A stretch of 64,000 nt of DNA from Clostridia bacterium (GTDB taxonomy: Bacteria; Bacillota; Clostridia; TANB77; CAG-508): positions 7,023-71,022 of the forward strand of contig JAGBAJ010000064.1 in NCBI GenBank assembly GCA_017939755.1, read 5' to 3'. How positions within the stretch are numbered: the stretch's first letter is position 1; every line of letters starts with the position of its first letter. The translations under genes were made by a program, and so were the position numbers. The notes under the pieces are model-generated. The model saw only the letters and a list, made by a program, of their open reading frames with translations. It was not told the origin of the DNA and did not search any database. Shown here piece after piece: positions 56,393 to 64,000 of the stretch.

Positions 56393-57100
56393 ATGAAAAA
56401 AACTCGCAAAGTTCATACCATAATTTGTAGTATACTCATATTGTTACTAGTTGTAATTTTATTTTTTTACATATTAAATGAGATTTTTATTTCAAATTAT
56501 GAAAAAAATGAATACAATAATAAAACATTGGAAGTGTTGAAAATGGTAAATGTTTATCAGCCATATATCGCACACTACAATAATGGTAATAGATTATATA
56601 AATTAGGAGATCATAAAGAAGCAATAAATGAATACAAAAGAGCATTAGAACTATTTCCACCAGAAAAGAAAGAATGCTCTATTAGAATAAATTTAGCTTT
56701 AGCTATGATTAATAATATAGAAAATGAATCTGAACCAAATGTGGAAGATATTTTAGATGTATTAGCTGAAGCAAAAGAAGTCCTATGCGAAGGTGGTTGT
56801 GCCAATAGAGATAATAATAAAGGACATAGCAAAAAGGCAGAGCAACTAAAAGAAGATATTGAAGAATATGAAGAAAAATTAAAAAAACAACAGAAAGAAT
56901 CGAAAGATGATAAGGAAAATAAAAAAGATAAGGATAAAGATGATTCACAAGATGACGATAACAACAAAGATGATGAACTAAAAAGAAAAGAAAAGCAGAT
57001 AAAAGAGCTACAAAAACAAAGTAATAAATCCCGTCAACAAGACGTAGGTTCAGTTAAAGATAGCAATTCCTATGAGTATTATTCGGGGAAAAAATGGTAA
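56393..57100 (+). CDS. TPR-repeat membrane protein with charged C-terminal tail (BatC-like)
   Basis: N-terminal TM, a TPR (YNNGNRLYKLGDHKEAINEYKRALELFP) and a K/D/E-rich tail. Confidence 0.8.
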   Translation: MKKTRKVHTIICSILILLLVVILFFYILNEIFISNYEKNEYNNKTLEVLKMVNVYQPYIAHYNNGNRLYKLGDHKEAINEYKRALELFPPEKKECSIRINLALAMINNIENESEPNVEDILDVLAEAKEVLCEGGCANRDNNKGHSKKAEQLKEDIEEYEEKLKKQQKESKDDKENKKDKDKDDSQDDDNNKDDELKRKEKQIKELQKQSNKSRQQDVGSVKDSNSYEYYSGKKW

Positions 57101-57103
57101 TTT

Positions 57104-57267
57104 AGGAGGTAGTTTGAAAATAATTACAATTTTGACAGCGTCAATATTCATTAAAAACGCGGTTACATACAGAAAGTATGCGCCCTTACCTTTTTAATGA
57201 ACATTTCCTTGTCAAAATTTAATTCTTTCCAAACTATGTGTGCCATTTAGAAAGGAATGGTTTTTTT
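57104..57267 (+). repeat. structured repeat family C, copy C3 (between the TPR gene and the HExxH gene)
   Basis: Near-identical to C1. It starts 4 nt after the TPR stop and ends at the ATG at 57268. Confidence 0.85.
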
Positions 57268-58119
57268 ATGAAAAAAATAGAGGATAGAGCAGAAGAAGAA
57301 AAGATAAGAGCATATTTAAAGGATTATGTAGGATATTATTGCAAAGCAATGGAAATGATTAATATTCCTGTTGATAGAAGAGCTTTAGAAGAATTAATTA
57401 ATGAAATTTCCATAGAAATTAACGAAGAAGCTGGAACCACAGGAACATTTGAGGTTAGCCAAGTAAACAAGTTTTTTCATGTTAGAAAGAACAATTTTGA
57501 AAAGAATGGTACTAAGAGAAATAATTTTTTAATGTTGCATGAAATGACACATTTAAGTAATGCATATAATAAAGAAATGAGTGAACAGCTAAACGAAAGT
57601 GTAAGAGCTTTTAATGAATATAGTAGTATCCAAAATAATGAAGATTTATCAGGCATAGATGCTGCATACGGATTAATTTCTATTGATGAGGTATTAGCTC
57701 AGTGGTGCTGTGAAAAATGCAATAGTGCGATTAGTGGAAATACAGTAGATAAACATGATGAAGTTCATACAATTTTAGGTAATGAAGTAAAAGTAGTAAC
57801 TGATTTTTCAGAGCATGATGTATATGCACCATTAGAAGAGCATGTAGAAGATTTTGCAATTAGTTTGGGATATAAAAATTTAGACGATTTTGCTAGAGCT
57901 CTAATTATAGGTGAGATAAGTTTATTTGACTACATAAATGAACAAAATATAGAGCAATTGGGTTACATAGGAATATTATGCCAAGGTATATACCAAGAGA
58001 ATGGTTTTAGAGATTGTGGGTTGCCTTCAACTGATATACCAAAGGCAGTAGAGTATCTTAAAGGAAGAAAGCAAGACGTTAGTTTTCCAACAGATCCTGG
58101 TGATGATGGAAATCGTTAA
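57268..58119 (+). CDS. hypothetical HExxH (zincin-like) protein
   Basis: LMLHEMTHLS plus a downstream Glu (SIDEVLAQW). The true start is the ATG at 57268; the track's MCHLERNGFF extension is repeat C3 sequence. Confidence 0.75.
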   Translation: MKKIEDRAEEEKIRAYLKDYVGYYCKAMEMINIPVDRRALEELINEISIEINEEAGTTGTFEVSQVNKFFHVRKNNFEKNGTKRNNFLMLHEMTHLSNAYNKEMSEQLNESVRAFNEYSSIQNNEDLSGIDAAYGLISIDEVLAQWCCEKCNSAISGNTVDKHDEVHTILGNEVKVVTDFSEHDVYAPLEEHVEDFAISLGYKNLDDFARALIIGEISLFDYINEQNIEQLGYIGILCQGIYQENGFRDCGLPSTDIPKAVEYLKGRKQDVSFPTDPGDDGNR

Positions 58120-58170
58120 GATATGCTCTGATAGAGCAGTAATTTTTAGAAGATTTGAAATATGGTGATA

Positions 58171-58214
58171 ATTTAGGAGTAGATAAAAATATCTGCTCCT
58201 AAATTATTTTTTTG
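58171..58214 (+). terminator. rho-independent terminator
   Basis: tttaggagtagata / tatctgctcctaaa stem followed by a T-run. Confidence 0.75.
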
Positions 58215-58280
58215 ATTGACTTTAGGGCAGTGAACTTATATATTTTAAGTATAGTTTAAATCAATTTTAGATGAGAAAGG

Positions 58281-59042
58281 ATGGATTTTATTATGGTAAA
58301 ACAAACAGCAGGTAGAGATTCTTTAGGAGAATTTGCACCAAAATTTGCAGAATTAAATGATGATGTATTATTTGGAGAAGTATGGAGTAGAGAGGATAAA
58401 CTTTCTTTAAGAGATAGAAGTTTGGTTACAATTTGCATATTTATGGGAAAAGGAATGGTTGATAGCTCTTTAAAATTCCACTTAATAAATGCTAAAAATA
58501 ATGGCATCACCAAAGAAGAAATGGCAGAGATTATAACTCATGCTGCATTTTATGCAGGGTGGCCAAATGCTTGGGCAGTATTTAATATGGCAAAAGAAAT
58601 ATATGCAGATAGTGATGATACTTGCGAAAAAGAGCATGGGGGATTTTTTGGACAAGGAGAGCCTAATACAGCATTTGCTCAATATTTTGTTGGAAATTCA
58701 TATTTAAAACCATTAACAAAACCAGGGGAATCAAATGTATTTCTCGCTAATGTTACTTTTGAACCTGGATGTAGAAACAATTGGCATATACACAGGGCAA
58801 CATCAGGCGGAGGTCAAATCTTAGTTTGCGTCGATGGAGAAGGCTGGTATCAAGAAGAAGGTAAGGAAGCTGTTAGCTTAAAACCTGGTATGGTTATAAC
58901 AATACCCGCAAATGTAAAACATTGGCATGGTGCAAAGAAAGATTCCTGGTTTAGTCATATAGCAGTAGAAGTGCCAGGTAGTGACACATCAAATGAATGG
59001 TGTGAACCTGTATCAGATGAAGAATACGATAAATTAGGATAG
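58281..59042 (+). CDS. carboxymuconolactone decarboxylase-family / cupin fusion protein
   Basis: N-terminal CMD-like half (DDVLFGEVWSREDKLSLRDRSLVTI...HAAFYAGWPNAW) and C-terminal cupin (FEPGCRNNWHIHRATSGGGQILVCVDGEG). The start is ambiguous between 58281 and 58293. Confidence 0.8.
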   Translation: MDFIMVKQTAGRDSLGEFAPKFAELNDDVLFGEVWSREDKLSLRDRSLVTICIFMGKGMVDSSLKFHLINAKNNGITKEEMAEIITHAAFYAGWPNAWAVFNMAKEIYADSDDTCEKEHGGFFGQGEPNTAFAQYFVGNSYLKPLTKPGESNVFLANVTFEPGCRNNWHIHRATSGGGQILVCVDGEGWYQEEGKEAVSLKPGMVITIPANVKHWHGAKKDSWFSHIAVEVPGSDTSNEWCEPVSDEEYDKLG

Positions 59043-59145
59043 GGATAGAATACTATGTATGAAGAATATTTAGTGAAACTCAATGATATGATACAGATAT
59101 AAAAGGCTCTATTATTATAAATTATAACAAAGGAGGTATAAAGAT

Positions 59146-59772
59146 ATGAAGTTATATTTATCATCATATAGATTGGGCAATGACTCACAATACTTAAAGG
59201 ATTGGATATCTAACAATGATAATAAAATACTACTAATTCCAAATGCAAGGGATGCGAAAAAGAATGCCGAGGTAGAAAAGAATAAAATTGCAACACATAA
59301 GAAAATATTAGAAGAGCTGGGCTTTGAAGTCAGAATCTTAGATTTAAAAGAATATTTTAAGGATAATGAGAAACTAAAAGAAGACATAGAAAACTATAAT
59401 GCTTTTTGTGCTATTGGAGGGAATGCTTTTGTATTAAGACAAGCAATGAAGCTTAGTGGTTTTGATAAATACTTGATTGATAATATCAATAATAAAAATA
59501 TTTTGTATATAGGTTATAGCGCAGGAAGTTGTGTTGTATCTAAATGTCTAGATGGTTTGCAATATGTTGATGAGCCAATAAATCCTTATAACAATGATGA
59601 AATTATATATGAAGGTATAAATCTAGTAGACTATACAATTGCACCACATTATAAATCCGACAATAAAGAATCAAAATTGATAGATAATGTTGTGGATTAC
59701 CTTGAAAATAATAACATAAATTATAGAGCATTAAGGGATGGCGATGTTATAAGAGTTAATTGGGATGAATGA
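59146..59772 (+). CDS. peptidase S51 / type-1 glutamine amidotransferase-like protein
   Basis: Nucleophile-elbow motif GYSAGSCV. Size and topology match the dipeptidase E family. Confidence 0.75.
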   Translation: MKLYLSSYRLGNDSQYLKDWISNNDNKILLIPNARDAKKNAEVEKNKIATHKKILEELGFEVRILDLKEYFKDNEKLKEDIENYNAFCAIGGNAFVLRQAMKLSGFDKYLIDNINNKNILYIGYSAGSCVVSKCLDGLQYVDEPINPYNNDEIIYEGINLVDYTIAPHYKSDNKESKLIDNVVDYLENNNINYRALRDGDVIRVNWDE

Positions 59773-60029
59773 TAGTAACAAAAATCTGTTATAAAAATTT
59801 TATTAAATATAGAATTCGCCAAAATTAAATGATATAATTCGGAAGATAAGGAAAGTACAAAAAAATGGAAAAAAAGAAGAAAACGAATTATACCATACGA
59901 GTATTGACTATCCGCATGTAAGATTTTATGCGTAGATATGGGTCACATAAGGATAAAGATAAGTAAAATTTGCACACGAGAAAATATACTCGGCAAAAAA
60001 AGTTTTAATTAAATAGGAGGAAAATAATT

Positions 60030-60413
60030 ATGAAACAAAAATTTTTAAAATGTAACAAGTGTGGTGCAATGGTAGGAGTTGTTAAAGATTGCACTTGCGA
60101 AAATTGCGGAATTAAATGTTGTGGAGAGCCAATGGTAGAATTAATACCAGGAGAAAGCGATGGAGCAAAAGAAAAACATGTTCCTGTATATGTAAGAGAA
60201 GGAAATAAGGTTGTCGTTACTGTTGGAGAAGTTAATCATCCTATGGCAGAGGAGCATTATATAGAGTGGATTTCAATACAAACAAAGTTTGGAAACCAAA
60301 GAAAAGCACTAAAACCAGGAGATGAGCCAAAGGCTTGTTTTGCACTATGCGAAGGCGACGAAATAGAAGCTGTATACGCATATTGCAATTTACATGGATT
60401 ATGGAAGGCATAA
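60030..60413 (+). CDS. dfx: desulfoferrodoxin (superoxide reductase)
   Basis: N-terminal desulforedoxin-like CxxC...CC and centre II motifs EKHVPV, HPM, CNLHGLW. Confidence 0.9.
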   Translation: MKQKFLKCNKCGAMVGVVKDCTCENCGIKCCGEPMVELIPGESDGAKEKHVPVYVREGNKVVVTVGEVNHPMAEEHYIEWISIQTKFGNQRKALKPGDEPKACFALCEGDEIEAVYAYCNLHGLWKA

Positions 60414-60470
60414 GATATATATTATTTTATAGATAATAATAAAGAGATATTATAATATAAGGAGATATCC

Positions 60471-61071
60471 ATGTTTAATATATTTAGAAAAAAATCTGAA
60501 GAAAATAGAATTACTACAGGAGATACCATTGAGAATAGCTCAAACAAAAATAATAAAGAAGTTGATTATAATCAATGTATAGAAATTGCAAAGAAGATAT
60601 CTAACAATAATTCTAGTGTCGTAGACGAGGTTACAGAGTGCGTAAAGAATCCAATTCAATATTTTAATAGTCATAGTGATATATATAACGAGAGAGGAAT
60701 TGAAGATGCAAATAATGTAGATGAAATTATTTGGATTAGTGGATATTTTAATAAATAATAACTATGCTTGTGAAAGAGATTATAACGACGAGTTAGAAGA
60801 TTTTATTTATTTTATGAATGAACTAAAAATGTTGAAAGAAAAGAATATATGTATAACCCAAGATGAATTAACTAATATAGAGGATGAGGAGATTCCAACC
60901 TGGTGCGAATATTTGGAAGAAAAGCCTATTGCTAAGGATATATCAATTGGTGCAATTGATATAGATAGTGATAGCTATGTCATGTTTGTATGTACAAAAT
61001 TTATATTAGATGAACTTAAATCCATTGCTGAAAAAGTAAATCATAGAATTGATAGAGCAGCTAAAATGTGA
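60471..61071 (+). pseudogene. hypothetical gene split into two overlapping ORFs by a +1 frameshift
   Basis: The 95-aa ORF (60471-60758) and the 116-aa ORF (60721-61071) overlap by 38 nt in adjacent frames. Removing one T from the TTT at 60730-60732 gives a continuous ...NNVDEIIGLVDILINNNYACERDYNDELEDF... Confidence 0.5.
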
Positions 61072-61410
61072 TTTTTAGATATTATTAAGGCAGTGATATT
61101 CTTAGTAAATTTGAAGGGGAAAATAAAAAAGCTTGAATCTATGCTAAACTTGGCTCTAGATGCTAGATAGAATCTAATATGTAAGCTAAGAATATTATAG
61201 AAGTAAGCTTTTTGTCTTTTTCTATTAAACTATAAAAACAATATTTCTACACATAAAAAATGGAAGAGATTTGAAATTGTAAATAAGGAAGAAGAAAACG
61301 ACGAATTGAATTTGTAGCTGAAGAGTGTTGTTAACAGATATAAGATATAGTGGGGAAACAATTGGCATATGTATAAGAATATAGTAGAAATACGAGAGAG
61401 AGGTAAAAAG

Positions 61411-61914
61411 ATGCAAAAGGTAATTATTATTGGGAGCCCTGGTGCAGGGAAAAGTACATTTTCGCAGAAGCTAAGAGACATTACTAAACTACCATTATAC
61501 CATATGGACATGATCTATTACAATGAAGATGGTACCCATATTTCAAAAGAAGAGTTTGAAGAGAAATTAAAAGAAATATTTAAAGAGAACAAGTGGATTA
61601 TTGATGGAAATTATCAGAGAACACTAGAAATGCGTTTGAAAGAATGCGATACCATTTTCTTATTGGACTATCCAACTGAAGTTTGTATAGAAGGTGCAAA
61701 ATCCCGTATTGGTACGAAAAGAGATGAGTTTCCTTGGGTAGAGGAAAAATTAGATGAGGAATTTAAGCAGAGAATTTTGGAGTTTTCAGAAAAGAAATTG
61801 CCAGGGATTTATCAGTTATTGGAGAAGTATGGAGATGGGAAGAATGTTGTAGTGTTTAAGGAGAGAGAAGAAGCGGAAGAGTGGATTAGAGCAAACCACG
61901 ATCAAAGTACATGA
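61411..61914 (+). CDS. P-loop NTPase, adenylate-kinase/topology-modulation (FlaR-like) family
   Basis: MQKVIIIGSPGAGKSTFS P-loop at the N-terminus. ATG at 61411 has SD gagaggt upstream; the track starts at 61369. Confidence 0.8.
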   Translation: MQKVIIIGSPGAGKSTFSQKLRDITKLPLYHMDMIYYNEDGTHISKEEFEEKLKEIFKENKWIIDGNYQRTLEMRLKECDTIFLLDYPTEVCIEGAKSRIGTKRDEFPWVEEKLDEEFKQRILEFSEKKLPGIYQLLEKYGDGKNVVVFKEREEAEEWIRANHDQST

Positions 61915-61954
61915 AAAGTAAAATAGGGGAGATTGCAGGCTGTAATCGATGTAA

Positions 61955-61999
61955 CTCATAACCCGAAGGTCGTAAGTTCGAGTCTTACCCCCGCAACCA
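61955..61999 (+). other. 3' remnant of a tRNA-Met gene (anticodon loop to CCA); putative att core
   Basis: CTCATAA loop, CCCGA, variable AGGTC, T-arm GTAAG-TTCGAGT-CTTAC, acceptor 3' strand CCCCGCA, then A-CCA. The upstream 30 nt cannot form the anticodon-stem partner, D-arm or acceptor 5' strand. Confidence 0.7.
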
Positions 62000-62005
62000 A
62001 CTAGT

Positions 62006-62042
62006 TAATCGCTGTAATCGTAAAGGTTATAGCGATTTTTTG
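62006..62042 (+). terminator. rho-independent terminator following the tRNA remnant
   Basis: aatcgctgtaa / ttatagcgatt stem followed by TTTTTT. Confidence 0.7.
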
Positions 62043-62269
62043 TTGTTTAAAAATCGTTTACAATAATGCTTTAAAATGGCACTTTTATGTCAAATTGGGG
62101 ATAAATTGGTGTGAATTTTCTCAAAAAACGTTTATATTTCTAATAAAATTTCAGTAAAAAACTATGGGAAAACCTAAAAATTAAATTAGTAGTCTTTTAC
62201 TGATAATTTTATTATTTTTTCGTGAAAAGATATAATGGCTTTTCACCATTAGTGAAATCGAAAAAAGTT

Positions 62270-63466
62270 TTAGACTAATTTTTGTGGTAGCAACAGATCT
62301 TCTAGTGCATATCCTGCTTTCTTATTATGAGAAATAATAGGATGTACGTAGAAATTATATGTTGTAGTAATTTGTGCATGTCCAAGTCTTGCTGCTACGA
62401 CTGCTATATCAATATTTTGTGCGATTAATAATGTAGCATTAGTATGTCTTAATCCGTGAAAGTTAATTACAGGTAGTCCTATTTGACCAACATATTTTAC
62501 AAACCATTTGCTTATAGTTGATGGATGCATAGGTTTGCCGTCTGCTTGTACAAATAATCTGTTTGAATTCGTCCATAAATCGCCATATAACGATTTTTGT
62601 TCTTCATACCATAATTTATATTCCTCAAGTAAAGAAATAACAAATTCGGGTATTGCTACGTCTCTAATAGAGCTTTCTGTTTTGGGTGTCTTTGTAAAAA
62701 CTCCTTTATCAGCTAAATATTGACTAGAACGATTTACACTTACAATTCCGTCATTGAAATTTATATCGTCCCATTCTAATCCCATAAGCTCACCAAGTCT
62801 GAATCCAGTAAAAATTGTTAAGATGATTGCAACTTTATATTTAATTTGATTTTCACCTAGTTGCATTAAGTTAGACAATAATATTTTAGATTGGTCATCA
62901 TCATAATATTTTCTTTTTGGTTTCATTGTTTTTGGTGGTTGAACACGTTCTGCAGGATTAGAAACTATCATTTGCCAATAAACAGCTCTATGTAGCATTG
63001 CTCTTAATAGTCTGTGATGCTCTAATATTGTTTTAGAAGATAAAGGTTTAATAGTTTTAGCTCCATTATTACCTTTTTTTCTAATAAGTTGAGTATCTCT
63101 ACTAAGTTGATCATAGAATAGCATAATATCTGTTGGTTTAATTTTGTTAACATAGAAGTGTCCGAAGTATGGTAATATCCTTGTTTCCAACATTCTTATA
63201 TATCTTTTATAAGTAGAGGGTGCAAGTTCTTTTGAACCATAATCTCTTTTCCAAATTTCAGTAAATTCAGAAAATTTAAGAGCTTTACCTTCAACAACCA
63301 TACCGTTTTGAACGTCTGCAACAAATTTTGCTAATTCTATTTTAGCGTCTTTTTTGCTACCATGAATTGTTTTTGTGTGTCTTATTGAGTTTCCATTTAG
63401 GTCGAATCCGTTATAACAAACTAATCTGTAACTATTCTTTCCTCTTTTTTCAATACTCCCAGCCAT
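62270..63466 (-). CDS. tyrosine-type site-specific integrase (phage/ICE type)
   Basis: N-terminal arm-binding-type domain (MAGSIEKRGKNSYRL) and catalytic motifs GFRLGEL, HGLRHTNATLL and LGHAQITTTYNFYVH. ATG at 63466 follows SD aaaggaggtga; the track starts at 63478. Confidence 0.92.
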   Translation of the reverse strand: MAGSIEKRGKNSYRLVCYNGFDLNGNSIRHTKTIHGSKKDAKIELAKFVADVQNGMVVEGKALKFSEFTEIWKRDYGSKELAPSTYKRYIRMLETRILPYFGHFYVNKIKPTDIMLFYDQLSRDTQLIRKKGNNGAKTIKPLSSKTILEHHRLLRAMLHRAVYWQMIVSNPAERVQPPKTMKPKRKYYDDDQSKILLSNLMQLGENQIKYKVAIILTIFTGFRLGELMGLEWDDINFNDGIVSVNRSSQYLADKGVFTKTPKTESSIRDVAIPEFVISLLEEYKLWYEEQKSLYGDLWTNSNRLFVQADGKPMHPSTISKWFVKYVGQIGLPVINFHGLRHTNATLLIAQNIDIAVVAARLGHAQITTTYNFYVHPIISHNKKAGYALEDLLLPQKLV

Positions 63467-63516
63467 TACCTTTTTCACCTCCTTTCAGGCATATCTATGG
63501 ATGGGAGAGGAATGTA

Positions 63517-63972
63517 TTATTTAAAATGATTTTTTATAATATTAAAAACCTCATTAATAGTTGTATATAAGTCTTTTCCTTCAAAATATAATTTATAGCA
63601 ATCAAATTGATAAGTAAATTTAGGATCATCTAATGGTAATGAAATCCAAAAAATATTAAAATCTGAAGGAAAAAGACTTTCTGATGGAAATAAATCATCA
63701 GAAGGAAATAATGCATATGTCTGTAAAGTATATTCAAATATTGGTTTACTATGCTTTTTTACATTATTTGCATGCCTAATTCCACTTATTTTTTTTCTTT
63801 CTATTTTATTAAGGTTATATGTATTTTTTAAACAAATTTCAAACCATCCTAATATATCACAAACAATTTCTTTTAATTCAGTTTCATCTACAAAATTCAT
63901 TTTTTTGTATTTATTATAAAGATTATTAAAAACCTTAATTTTCTTTTCTAAAATATCAATATCATCATTCAT
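63517..63972 (-). CDS. hypothetical 151-aa protein next to the integrase
   Basis: Uninterrupted ORF with SD aaggag upstream of the ATG. Contains the triple repeat LFPSDD-LFPSES-LFPSDF. No recognisable motif. Confidence 0.6.
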   Translation of the reverse strand: MNDDIDILEKKIKVFNNLYNKYKKMNFVDETELKEIVCDILGWFEICLKNTYNLNKIERKKISGIRHANNVKKHSKPIFEYTLQTYALFPSDDLFPSESLFPSDFNIFWISLPLDDPKFTYQFDCYKLYFEGKDLYTTINEVFNIIKNHFK

Positions 63973-64000
63973 ATAATGCTCCTTTATTAATAAGCTTTTT

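Larger units (their letters stand above)
61955..64000. mobile_element. edge of an integrated element (integrase next to tRNA-Met remnant); extent beyond the window unknown
   Basis: A tRNA 3' fragment, a tyrosine integrase 270 nt away on the opposite strand, and a change of gene orientation. Confidence 0.55.

Noticed and set aside
30-56967. Many 60-130-aa ORFs in the track lie antisense to or overlap strong genes. Examples: 30-212(-), 585-818(-), 2099-2440(-), 7301-7516(-), 13655-13966(-), 14540-14917(-), 25253-25567(-), 32079-32468(-), 46361-46654(-), 48014-48340(-), 52868-53185(-), 56611-56967(-).
   Set aside because: They are shadow ORFs inside well-supported genes on the other strand or frame. 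They lack SD sequences and have low-complexity, hydrophobic or Ser-rich translations typical of AT-rich antisense frames.
61924-61999. Full-length 76-nt tRNA-Met; position 61924 is at exactly the right distance from the CCA.
   Set aside because: Only 4 of 7 acceptor pairs are possible, no D-arm can form, and the anticodon stem has 1 of 5 pairs. Only the 3' 45 nt are tRNA-like.

Overview
Low-GC chromosomal segment (roughly 27-30% G+C by eye) from an endospore-forming Firmicute, Clostridia-like. It holds about 60 protein-coding genes, nearly all on the + strand. In order: rnc, a radical SAM gene, an orphan AgrC-like kinase, a D-Ala-D-Ala carboxypeptidase, radC-mreBCD-PBP2, spoIIE, mutL-miaA, sepF-divIVA, rsmD, ftsK, a beta-CASP nuclease, a GH15 enzyme, radA-disA, a cyclophilin, TetR-YhgE/Pip and XRE-DUF4097. 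An accessory-looking right third follows: a FliB-like methylase, cdd, an ABC exporter, a kinase-like protein, a MoxR-DUF58-vWA-vWA-TPR (Bat-type) operon, two HExxH proteins, a CMD-cupin fusion, an S51 peptidase, desulfoferrodoxin, a tRNA-Met 3' remnant and a tyrosine integrase at the window edge. I found no rRNA, no intact tRNA and no CRISPR array. The most unusual content is non-coding: at least four families of structured interspersed repeats. Family A is a true MITE with 15-bp TIRs and 8-bp target-site duplications, in short and nested-palindrome long forms. Family B is a mosaic hairpin element that always ends in TTTGTTC. Family C is a ~155-nt hairpin element with compensatory changes, lying immediately 5' of start codons and carrying the only SD, including inside the Bat-type operon. 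Family D is a shorter repeat flanking spoIIE. Other points: a self-contained ~48% G+C single-gene unit in this AT-rich background, five apparent single-base frameshifts (divIVA and rsmD among them), a 40-aa Cys-rich peptide gene missing from the ORF track, and a kinase-like gene next to the Bat-type operon. All functional calls rest on motifs I recognised by eye; no database search was possible.
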